A DNA stretch of 63,984 nucleotides, counting the filler, from Catajapyx aquilonaris (lineage: Eukaryota), in NCBI GenBank assembly GCA_000934665.2. It is 3 parts of 3 records of this genome, joined end to end, with 100 filler letters (N's around TTAATTAATTAA, not from the genome) between each part and the next. Parts side by side here need not be neighbours in the genome. Positions count along the whole stretch, not along the records: positions 21,472 to 42,879 come from KZ539470.1; 2 more parts are not named here. One strand, written 5' to 3'. Below, one piece after another: positions 24,899 through 36,800 of this stretch. Each line of letters starts with the position of its first letter. The first letter of the stretch is position 1. Below the pieces are notes generated by a model. The model was not told the DNA's origin. It ran no database searches and saw only the letters and a list, made by a program, of their open reading frames with translations. The position numbers and the translations under genes were made by a program.

Positions 24899-27800
24899 TT
24901 ACCCCCACCACATTGTGGGAAGCCGGGGTGGGGGAGGGTACAGGTAAAGGTTTATCTTGTATTTCGTGAACTCTATGTCATCCGGGGTTCCAATTAGCTT
25001 CAGGTTGGTCTCACTGATGTCCCTCTCCATTATCTGGTCAAGTGAAGGAATAGATGTCAATTAACACACTTACCACGACTGATGGCATCCAGTATCAAGT
25101 GGCAGATTACAATACAGTCGAGTCCGACATAAAAGACTCAAAAGGGATTGCAAACATCTGCATCTCAAACCAATGTTTCCTATATCCAAATACACACGCC
25201 ATGTATGGAAGTATGCTAGGACCAGCCTTTCCAGTTGGCTATAACTGACAAGGGAAGTTTAAGTGTTGTCCGCAGAGTTTCTGAATGACAATTGGCACAA
25301 TAATATAGGCAGGTAAGTTATTAAAGGAAATGCAAACAATTTAGGTGAATGCACACAAGGTCAAAATTTCTGACCTCTCGAACTCACGAGGGACACTTTC
25401 CAAGGTCCCACCGATTTTCTTGAAAATCTGTACATTGGTAGGCCACCCCAAGGAATGAATAACGCACATAAAGTGACCTGCCAAAATAATAATAATATAT
25501 AATAATAATATCCGGGTAGTGCTTGGCCTTCTCGGCATGTAGCACGGACCTTTATTTGTACGATGTACATATTTGGAACCTAATTATTGAAGCGCCCGGG
25601 CCCCACGAGCAGGATGATAGGAGGGGATGTGCAAGGTGCAGTGCAATGTCTTTATGTGGCCATTTTTAGTGAACTCCCCCGGGTGGTTTAGTCTGTGGAT
25701 ATACCACCCGAGACGAAGCCAGAGGTGACCCTGAACTCTGCACGAGATGAAGGGGGTGTCCCCGGGCTGGGATCGAACCCGGGACCTTAACATCCGTGGG
25801 CGCATACGTTACCGCAGCACCACTCCGCCTCCCCTACCTGATGAAAATGACCTGGTGACCCCTTTTTGGGGGGCAGAGGTCAACTCTTAAATGCCGAAAA
25901 CTCACCCATTTTCTTGAAATTCAGTGCATTGGTATCCCACACTGTCATATTATATCTGCTCTATTACTGCATATTACTCTGCTCTGGCTTGCCACAGGTA
26001 AAGGACGTACTTTTTCCTAGCTCGTGGCTGCCCAAGGTCGCCGGTATCCACCTTGTAAATCGCCCCTCTCGTTACGGCCCGGTTCGACTACGTCCGCGGG
26101 TAAGATGGGGGGGNGGGGGGGCCTTACAAAGGCTGAAATGAGCATAAGCTGGAGAAGCAGTTCCAAGAGAACATGAAGGTCTCCTCGGAGGTGGCACTCA
26201 CCAAGGTGCTATCAGGTTGACTGGTGGATCAAACCAAGCTGGTGGAGGAGCTGCAGACCACAATGCAGGTACTCACCTCTAAGCTATCGGCAATCCTAAC
26301 CCGCATCTCGGACCTAGAGGCCAAACTGACAGACTTGGAGGACCGCGGCAGGCGAAACAACATCGTGGTATTTGGCCTCCCGGACGCCGAAAAAACATGG
26401 GACGAGACCGAAGTGCAAGTTTTGAAGACGCTGTCCAGGTATGGAGTGATCCCGCCAAACCCGAACTTCCCAGTCGAACGGTGCCACAGACTGGGGGCGC
26501 TTCCGCCCTGGAGGATCCAGGCCGGCCATAATGATGTTGTCTTTCTTTAACCCCTTCAGCCCCAGATCGGCCCGAACCACACAGTTTTCGGCTTACGCGT
26601 ACTCCGAAGATACGGACAAGATATTTTGCAAATAATAACAGCTATACTTACGAGATCTGGGAAAACCTTATGAATGTGTCTGGAACCATTTTACTCGTCT
26701 AGAAGTCCCTAAATTAATTTCCAAAAAAGGGCTATAATAACTCGAAATTGGACTACTGCCGCCCAACTTTAGGCTGATTTAATTATGAAATGCGTGAAAG
26801 TATGCGGAATAACAACTTTGAGAACCATACCAGAGGAATTTGCTGAAATCGTCGTACTTTGCGAGAAATTAATACTTATTTGCAGCTTTCTGGCACTTCG
26901 GAAAACTCCGCATACGGTTCTCCAAGGATCTCTAGGTACATATTCAGGATATTTTAACATATTTCATAATTTTAATCTTTCTGGCCCAGTAGTCCGGTCA
27001 CTGAGTCGTGCAAGTTCGACAAAATTCTTTCAAAAGGTTTCTCAATGGATTTCACCACTCGAATACCTCCACTAAACAAAATAAAAAGTCTACCGAAATC
27101 TGACTTGTGGAAGTACCTGAAAATGGAATATGTCAAATCCAAGTAATGACTGCCAAGAACACCCTTAGTAAAAAAAATAGTTACAAACCGTACTGCTGAA
27201 TATTGGGTGTAGTATATCGATTTGTATGTTTACGCGGGAGAGGAAACCAAATATGCAACTTAAAATGTGATTTGACCTCATCTGACGTCACAGAATGGCC
27301 GCCAAAAAACCTCTCCATGGAGAAAACACTTATTAATGTTATATTGGTTATTTTATGGAATATGCATTAAACGTTTTTAATTGTTTCGATGTACAGGGTG
27401 TATCAGAACTCTACCGTAAGCGATATGCCGATGGCATAAGGGGCACCAGAGCATCATTTTATGTAGAGGGGTCATCCTCTCTAGGCAGCCCCATTACGTA
27501 GATAATTGACCTCAACCAACTAGTATAAAATATCCTGGCAGGTATGCGAACCTTCAGCCGCCAATCGCTTCACAGGTCATGTCGCAGCTATTTTCTGGGG
27601 GGCTACTGCCACACTGCTATTGGGGTAGTCACTAAGGGCTCTTAGAATGCATTTCCCCCCAGATGCACTGCTATTCTACAATCACACTTAAGCGCAATCG
27701 CCACTTCGCAAATGATCAATTATCTACGTAATGGGGCTGCCTATAGAGATGATGACCCCTCTACATGAAATGATGCTCTGGTGCCCCTTATGCCATCGGC

Positions 27801-30800
27801 ATATCGCTTACGGTAGAGTTCTGATACACCCTGTATACAGCTGTTGATAACTTACAAATACTTGGTGAGTGCTGCCACCATGGCCAAAGGCCACGTCATA
27901 TGCTAATATTTGCCAACTATAATTATAAGCTTATTGCGTTTGTTAAAAAACAATACCGGAATGCTCACATTGTGTTTGATGGCTATGGCAGTGGCCTTTC
28001 TACCAAAGATGAGACTCATCAAAGGAGAGGTGGTAGTGAGGTGGGAGTGAATGTGGATTTCACTCCAGATATGTTGCTCAAAATGAAGAAGCCATTTCTG
28101 GCAAACACAAGCAACAAGCAGAAATTCCTTCATTTCCTGGGATCCAAAATCATGAAGCATGAAGGCATGCAAGTCACTCACTCATCTGGTGATGCTGATT
28201 ATGATATTGCAATGACTGCTTACACAACAGCTCTGACACAGCCTGTAGTAGTTGTAGCAGGGGATGACACGGACCTCCTCATTCTGCTACAACACCACTT
28301 ATCGGTCAGCAACCATGAGACCATCATCTACGTATCTCCAAACTAGCACAAAACTTATAGATAAATCCATCCTGAAAAGGGAACTTGATCCTGACCTCAG
28401 TCACTTCCTACTCTTTATACATGCTCTGTCCGGATGTGATACAACATCGAGACCCTATGGCATAGGAAAACTTTCAACTCTGAATAAATACCATGTTCTC
28501 AAGGAATTCGCTGAATTGTTCATGATGGCGGATGTTAAGCTAGAGGAAATTGAGATATCCGGTAATAAGGCCATTGCAACCATATACGGTTGCAAGGATG
28601 GTTCAGATTTGAATAGTGAACGTGATTCTAAGTTCACCGAAACTTAGGTTGCTTCGAGTTCCAGCTACGTGCCCCCTAACGCCTACCACCAACATCAGAT
28701 GCTGCCAGATTCCATAGCCAGCGGGTCTACCTCCAAGTGCAGGCCTGGCTAGGCAACAAGATGGAGGCGACACAGTGGGGCTGGGTGCTGTGCAACACAG
28801 GGAACGAGTCCATCTTGAAGCCGCACAGAATGGATCAACCTGCAGTACCAGGAGCTCTACTGAAGATCGTGAAATGCAACTGTAATTGAATGTGTGCCAA
28901 AAATACATGTTCCTGCAGGAAAAATGGACTTCAATGTCACTTGGTGTGCGGTCAGCGGAAAGGGATAACATGCACAAATGGGCAAATTCATGATTCCAGT
29001 GACACCACTAGTATGATGAATTTGTGCAAATGTGATGATGCACAGATACGTGGGAGTATCGTTCAATACATTGCATTTTAAACTGTATCAAAACAATTAT
29101 ACCGTATATTAGCAGCATGATTATGTTTTTCATTTAAATATTAAAATGCTCGTTCATTGAAATAGATTTCTAACTACTTTATACTACCATTATTTTATTT
29201 GATGTGAAAATAATCCATATCTGGTCCATTCTTCGTTTCTGATATCGTTCTTCCACAGATCAGTCACCGACCATACTCTGTCATTAAGTGCCAACAGGCA
29301 TACATCGGCTGGTGTACTGTCCAAGTTTCCAGGTCAAGAGGAGCTTAGGTGAAGCACATGAGGTCAAATAACCTTTTAAGTTGCATATTCCATAAAATAA
29401 CCAATATAACATTAATAAGTGTTTTCTCCATGGAGCGTTTTTTTGGCGGCCATTTTGTGACGTCAGATGAGGTCAAATCACATTTTAAGTTGCATATTTG
29501 GTTTCCTCTCCCTCGTAAACATACAAATCGATATACTACACCCTATATTCAGCAGTAGGGGAGAGGGCTGTACCATGGAACACTTTTTCAACATTTATTT
29601 TTATTTAGTAAAGTTGTTCATGTTTTCAACATGTGAAACTGTCCATGTATAAAGCATATTGTTGCCCACACAATGGAACTTACTCATTTTGTATGTCACT
29701 AATAACTTCACTAAAAATAATTAATATGTGATAGTGTTGCAAATGTTCCATGGTACAACCTGCTGATGTACCTTGGAACAATCGGATGTATCCTTGGAAC
29801 CATTTATTTTCCAGCATGATATTAGGCTCAACAATGCAAATATTTTATTTCATGTTGTAGTTTTCATTCTTTTCAAAGCCAATTTTGAACACTATTCTTG
29901 ATGACAGCCTGACACAACACACTAACTGATGTGTTCCAAGGTACATGCAGGGCTACTTTTAGAAATGAACTTGCCTCTCTTTCGTGCATTACATGATTGG
30001 TAGGTAATAATGATTCAGCACTGTAGACTATTGGTGTACACTTCAGAGCAGAACTTCATCTACTACAAATATGTTATATGACAGGAGCAATAATCGACAA
30101 AAGGCCTCCCAAAAAACTTACTTTTGAGTATGAAAAATCACTTCCGCCACTCACTACCTCCTAAATGGCTACCTGCTAGGGTCTGCTTCCAACTAGGGGG
30201 CATATGCATCCTTTGATTCAGAAAGTGGCCGGTACATGTCAACACAAGCTGTGGTACATTGAGTGTTCCTAGGTACATTGTACTCAAGGTACAGCCCTCT
30301 CCCCTACGGTTTGTAACTATTTTTTTTACTAAGGGCGTTCTTGGCAGTCATTACTTGGATTTGACATATTCCATTTTCAGGTACTTCCACAAGTCAGATT
30401 TCGGTAGACTTTTTATTTTGTTTAGTGGAAGTATTCTAGTGGTGAAATCCGTCGAGAAACCTTTTGAAAGAATTTTGTTGAACCTGCATAGGATATTTCT
30501 GTTTAATGACCATAATGTTTAATACCATAGCACCATAGACTTTATTTCTTCAACAGTGAACTTGATTGACCAGTGCCTTGACTTTTCGGTCCACTTATCA
30601 GTTACCTCAGATCACCTTCCAGTATGTGCTTCCTTTCCCGTCCCTGGTCTGGCGCCGCCTTCCCCAATCATACCAAGACTAAGGATGGTAATTCCAGAAC
30701 CCGGGTTTCAATTCTTAGCTCCAGATTTAGAACAACTATTTCTCCTCCTGGATGATATAGAAACAATGGCTTTAACATTCAGAACTTTGATCAATCAACT

Positions 30801-33800
30801 GTTCCAAAACTCAGGAATGCTATACAAACCATCCAGACCTAACCCCAGACCTAACCCATGTTAGGAAGCATGTAGCCCCCTGGTACGATGGGACCTTGCG
30901 GGATCAAAAATCATGGTTAGACAACTCTTAAAAACCTGGCGTGAATCCCAAGACTCGGACTCCCCCCAAGGTTACCTTGCAGTGCGTAGGGCCTATTGGA
31001 ATCAATGTGATGCTAAGAAGAAAGTCTACTTCAGCCTCACTTTACCCAACCTATTGCTCACACAGAACTCTTCGGTTTTTTGGAAGACAAGCCGGAGGTT
31101 CAGATCTGGCAAGTCTAAGCAATACTTGGACCCTGAGGTTTGGTGGAACCACCTTGCTCGAACCTTATCCCCGGAAGTGGATGAGCATTCCCAGACCAAT
31201 ACTCTGGCAGTACTGATGCCCTCCCCCCTTTACCTGTTCATACAATGGATGCAGCTTTGACCAGGGATGAGCTCACAGTAGCACTCGCAAAATTAAAAGC
31301 TAAATCGGCACCAGGTCCTGACCTTGTTCCAAATGCTTTCCTAAAAGTTGACTACCCTTGCCTCCATTCAATATTACATACTCTTATTAACGAGTGTATA
31401 ATCACGAGTAGCGTTCCCTCAATTTGGACCCAAATAAGGGTGGTGCCTATACACAAATCAGGTCCACTGGAAGACCCCGCTAACTACTGTCCAATTTCAT
31501 TGGTAAATAATATCGCCAAACTTTTGACCTCTATTCTCACAACGCAGCTGACCAATTGGGCTGAAGAACATGGGATTTTTTTCCGAAACCCAGGCTGCTT
31601 TCAGACCGGGCAGGGGATGCCTTGACCATCTCTTTGTTTTCAACTCTATAATACAAAGGTTCACGGTAAAACCCAAGGGCAAACTCTTTGCCACTTTTGT
31701 GGACTTATCACGAGCATTTGATTCCGTCCCCCACACACTATTGTTTACGAAACTCTTAGAGCTTGGGGTTAGCCAACGCTTTGTGTGCCTATTAAATGAC
31801 CTTTATTCTAAATTCACTTTAATAGCTGAGAATGACCCAATACTGAGAATAGTCCCTGGCATCGGCCTTCCACAAGGAGAGCCCCTAAGTCCTGTCCTAT
31901 TCAACTTGTATTTATCAGATCTCGAAAGTTATTTGTGTCAACATGGTGCCCCGGGAGCAAACTTTCGTCCGAATTCCTCTGATATAAATACTCTCTCTTA
32001 CGCCGATAACATTATTTTAATTTCAGATAACCCACTCCATTTGCAAAAGAATCTGAATGCCCTACGCGCATACTTTGATAAGAACTGTTTGAAAATTAAC
32101 TTGAAAAAAACGAATGTCGTATGCTTCAAGCATGCTGGAAAACGCCCGAAAACAACGTTCTACTGGGACGAGGTACCGATACCATGGGTCCAATCTTACA
32201 TTTACCTTGGTGTTCCCATTTTTTTTACGTCCGGAAAATTTGCTGTAGCATCATCGTTATTTAAACAGAAAGCTATTGCAACAATTAATGGATTATGGCC
32301 CACCTTAATCAAAATAAAACTGCGGAACATAAATGTAGCACTGAAACTTTTCCACACGCAGATTGCTCCAATCATTTTGTATGGGGCTCAGGTATGGGGT
32401 CCCTCACAAGTTCAAACAATAAATCAGGTACAAAGTTTTTTTTAATCAAAAAGTTCCTGCAGATACCCCGTAACAAGGCGAATAATTTCATCCATTTGGA
32501 GACCGGCATTCCCCCTTTATCACTGCGCTTTTCCCAGCTCCAAGTGAAGTTCCTTTTGAAAATGCGTAAACTTTCTGAGAACAGGCTAATAAAAATTGCG
32601 TATAGGCCGGCTCTTCAATTAGCGCAAAAGAATCCTTCTAACCAAACCTCGGTGTCCGAGACGAATGGTTTCCTATCAAGAGCGAACACTGAGCTGAAAA
32701 TATTTGACTTATCAGATCTTGAGCTTCTTGCCCTCCACCAGAAACACGCGGACTATCTTCTTGAGCAGAGCAATTTGGCTCTGGCCCAATCTTCTCATTA
32801 CGCATACTACCGTGACATGCAAGGCCCTGCCCCAGCCTACTACTTATCGTACTCAATTCCAATTAAGATAATAAGGATGATGGCAAATTTACGTACTTCA
32901 TCGTCCAAGCTCATAATAGAAGGAATAAAATTGCAGTTCACACCTGAGAAATGTTGCACGTGGTGCAATGTTGCGGATTCATTCACCATTCATCATCTCT
33001 TATACTTGTCCTTTCTTTGTTACCCCCCGGAAAATGTTTCTTTACAATCTTCAGTCATTTCCCCCGGACCGGCAACATTGGCTTTTACTTGATGTAACGA
33101 AAGAGACAACTTACAATCTGTACAACTTTTTCACCAATGTTCTCAAAAGAATCGATGTGTGTTCGGCCTAATACCCCCCCCCGAGCTTTTCTGATATACC
33201 CATTTTTTGACCTTATCTAAGCATACGCTTGTTATTTAATTCCTACCCCCCGTCCAATAAAATTGTGTATTTTTATTTTCCTTTCTATTCCCTGTTATCA
33301 GGACAAATACTGGTAAAATGTATAAAATGCAATCGCAGTCAGAGCTGTCCCCCTAAAGGGGCTCTGCCCCAACAATGGGGTTACTTAAATAAAAAAATAA
33401 ACTGTCATATTATATGTAAGATGTGATCGTTGTACGGACATGATTGGAACACATTGTTACAAACTGTTGTAGGTGGGTGATTCTCCAAAAACTTACCAAT
33501 ACCATGTCCCGGAATAATAACTCAAAAATGGCTTGACTTTTTAAACATTTGTAGAAGCAGTTGACACCTAGCCATCCCCATGAAAACAAAGAAAAATATT
33601 AAATTAAGTTTTACTGCAAAAAATGTCTAAGGGCCTAAAATCACTATTCTTGGCATGTCCCGATCTCATTTTAAAGCATGCTATATTTTCTTACAATTTA
33701 ATCATTAACATTAGACAAGTTTCAATACTATAATTAAATTGTACATAGTTGACGGTATAAAACAACATTTTAAAAACGATTTATTCATTTGACATGACCT

Positions 33801-36800
33801 TGCTGCATCACTCCAAAGTGTGTCCCGAGTTTTCATGTTACTCTCCTGGATCAGGATATTATTTTAAAATTTGCAGTGAAACAAAGGAATTTTTTACCCA
33901 GTTATTTGGCAACACTGCTTCTCCATGACACCTTGTTTTAACTACAGATTGATGTGCAAGGGGTAAGTCTTCTAGTGGGTTTTAAAAAATTAAGGTGTTT
34001 TAAATTCAGTTATGCGGCACATTTTGCATTCACACCCCTGGCTCATTTTTCTATGTCACAAAATAGCTTAAAAAATGTTTTCAAATAACTGTGATTCCAT
34101 GGCATGAAGGGATGTCATGAACCCACCGAAATTTCCATAGTCAACTTTTGTTCTGGACCTTGATATTAATCCTATTGCATGTATAGGTCATTCTTCTGGC
34201 TCCCGAACTCCTGGAAATAATACTCACTCTCCTGGCATTTTCTGTGCCAGGAGTTAGAGAGACTCGAGGGAGAGAGTCGTCAATGTCTTACGTCACGGTC
34301 GACTCCGATTGGCTACTCCTAGGCGTGTATCTGCTGAAGGATACTATAGGCATGTATCCTACTTGCACAATGTGGCAACACTGCAAATGGAACATTACAC
34401 TGTTGCGCGCAGTTAAAATTTTAACGAAATTATCTTTCTTGAACAAGATGCGATTCAAAAAATTGTCCTTCATCAACTAGTGTCTGAAAAATTAATACAG
34501 TGGAGCATCGATTATCCGAACAGAGTCTGCCAAGGGGGTGTTCGGATAACTGATTGTTCAGATAACCGATCATTTACGGGGAAAAATGGTACCGGTGTCA
34601 TAGGAGCAATATGAAACTAAGAAACAGTGATATTAACCATAAAACTGTATATTTTCTGTCACAGGCACGTCTTAAAAATACTGTACATGTACCTTACTGC
34701 CCTTGCAAGAAGTAGTCCTGCAGTTTAGGGAGGGNAGGGGGGAGGGGGGAGGGGGGAGGGGGTAAATGGTTTTTTTTTGTTTTGTTTTTTGTTTTTTGGC
34801 TGTTTTGGGGTTTTTTTGCCGACTCGAAAACGTTCGGTTAACCGATGGTTCGGTTGATCGGTGTTCGGATAATCGATGCTCCACTGTATTAAAATTCCGT
34901 CAGCTTTTTAGTGCCTACTGTGGTCATTTCAAGTGCAACAATATTCCAAATTCTCGACTTTTGAGCCCAGGTTTTCACTACTTGGGGACAGATATTTAAA
35001 AACTGAGTTTCACTTTTTGATATAATATTATGAGGAACAACTTCCAATAAAAATAATTTTGGTTAACTGCAAAATCAATCCCGGAAGGTTTCAACCATTT
35101 TAGAATATGAGAGTTAGTTCCCCATATTTTTCCCTGATTTGTGACCTCATATAGAGTAAGTGAGAGTTTTTCCAGATTTTTAAAACAAGTTTTGAAATTC
35201 ATTAATTTTTGCTTTGAAAATGGTAAGTCTTTGGAGAATCACCCAGGCGCTAATGTATGATGCTTCATTTCATTTGCTGGTGGTTTATGCTTCCGACTTA
35301 CGACAAATGAGGGAACTTGATCTTCTGAATTTTCCAAGAGCTAAAGCCGGATTTGACGCCAATCAGGCACATAATTTGACAAAAAATAATTTCTGTATTT
35401 TACCCCCCAAACAAATTCACAAACGACTTTTTCAAATATGGCTGCCATCTAGCAATATAGCTCATTGTAATCAGAGTAATTATCCCTTTCCAGTGATGCA
35501 ATAAAATGTCTGCGTTTTTGAGTGCGACATCTGAAACTTTGCCCGTAAGGGACGAAAAACGCACCCAAAGTGACCTGCTCAAAATTACCCAGTGACCCCT
35601 TTTTGGGGCTACCAATGCACCAAATTTCAAGAAAATGGGTGAGTTTTTGGCATTTCAGAGTTTACCTCTGCCCCCCCCCCCNCCCCCCCCCAAGAAGGGG
35701 TCACCAGGTCATTTTGAGCAGGTCCCTTTAGGTGCAGTTTTCATCCCTTGGGGTAGCCTACCAATGTACAGATTTTCAAGAAAATCGGTGAGACCTTGGA
35801 AAGTGTCACTTGTGAGTTCAAGAGGTGGTCATAACTTTTGACCTTGTGGGCATTCGCCTAAATTGTTTGCATTTCTTTAATAACTTACCTGGCTATATTA
35901 TTGTGCCAGGGGAGGCGGAGTGGTGCTGCGGCAACGTATGCGCCCACGGATGTTAAGGTCCCGGGTTCGATCCCAGCCCGGGGACACTCCCTTCATCTCG
36001 TGCAGAGTTCAGGGTCACCTCTGGCTTCGTCTCGGGTGGTATTTCCAATAGACTAAACCACCCGGGGAGTTCACTAAAAATGGCCACATTAAGACATTGC
36101 ACTGCACCTTGCACATCCCCTCCTGTCATCCTGCCCGTGGGCCCGGGCGTTTCAAAAATATGGTCTATGTATAAGTTACAATAACGGTCCGTGCCGCATA
36201 CCCTATATAGGGTCAGGCACTACCCAAGAAAAAAAACAACTATATTATTGTGCCAAGTTTCATTCAGCAACTCCACGGACAACACTTACACTTCCCTTGT
36301 GAGTTTGCTAAGAGCTGAGTATCTCATATTTGGAGTCCACTGTAATATAATTATTTTCACATAGCCTCCTGAGACCTGGTGTCGACATATGTCGACATCA
36401 GCAAAAGATTTTTTTGGGGCCAACTAGTGATGCCAACAGAACTGTAATATGTCGGTATCCCATGGTTACAATCTGGCCTCAATAGCTGTAGCCACCTAGT
36501 GTCGAATATCTGACTTGGGCCATGAAAATTAAATCGTGGATAAAAATGGCGGATGCCGCTGCTGAAGCTAGGCGCTCATCTGATCAGTTTTATTTTTTTA
36601 CTCATATTTAGAGTGCGATTTTCGCAATGCAGTGAATGTCCTGGGATTCGCAAGGTGTGTATTAGGACGTACGAAAAGGTGTGTCTGTGACAATCTTTGT
36701 TGCTGTAGAGAACTGGTAATTTTCTTTTCTTCCTGAGACCAAATGCCCATTTAAATGGACATCCGAAAAATGGCATTTTTAGCTGAATGGGTGTGACTTT

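Larger units (their letters stand above)
27008..30490 (+). mobile_element. Academ(XPG-type)-like DNA transposon remnant with long inverted arms
   Basis: About 27008-27366 is inverted at about 29381-29557 plus 30305-30490. Broken ORF 27900-28990 shows IVFDGY, DADYDI, DDTDLLILL, HALSGCDTTS, LPPT, WGW and a C-terminal Cys cluster (CSCRKNGLQC). Confidence 0.72.
25956..33400 (+). mobile_element. Degenerate non-LTR retrotransposon (LINE, CR1/L2-group-like) with nested insertions
   Basis: 15-bp TSD ACTGTCATATTATAT at 25941-25955 and 33401-33415, plus an A-rich tail. ORF1 remnant at about 26130-26580 (coiled coil plus RRNNIVVFGL). Frameshifted ORF2 at about 30520-33171 (SDHLPV, KSAPGPDLVP, FVDLSRAFDSV, GLPQGEPLSP, YADN, ILYGAQVWG). 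Confidence 0.9.

Noticed and set aside
31570..32445. 291-aa RT ORF as an active or domesticated gene
   Set aside because: Flanked by frameshifts, catalytic motif reads YADN, and it is part of a disrupted LINE.
35909..35985. tRNA-like sequences (also about 25760-25834, 43710-43780, 46620-46690, 62227-62300)
   Set aside because: No complete cloverleaf. They are followed by bodies and, in most cases, simple-repeat tails or TSDs, so they are SINE heads.
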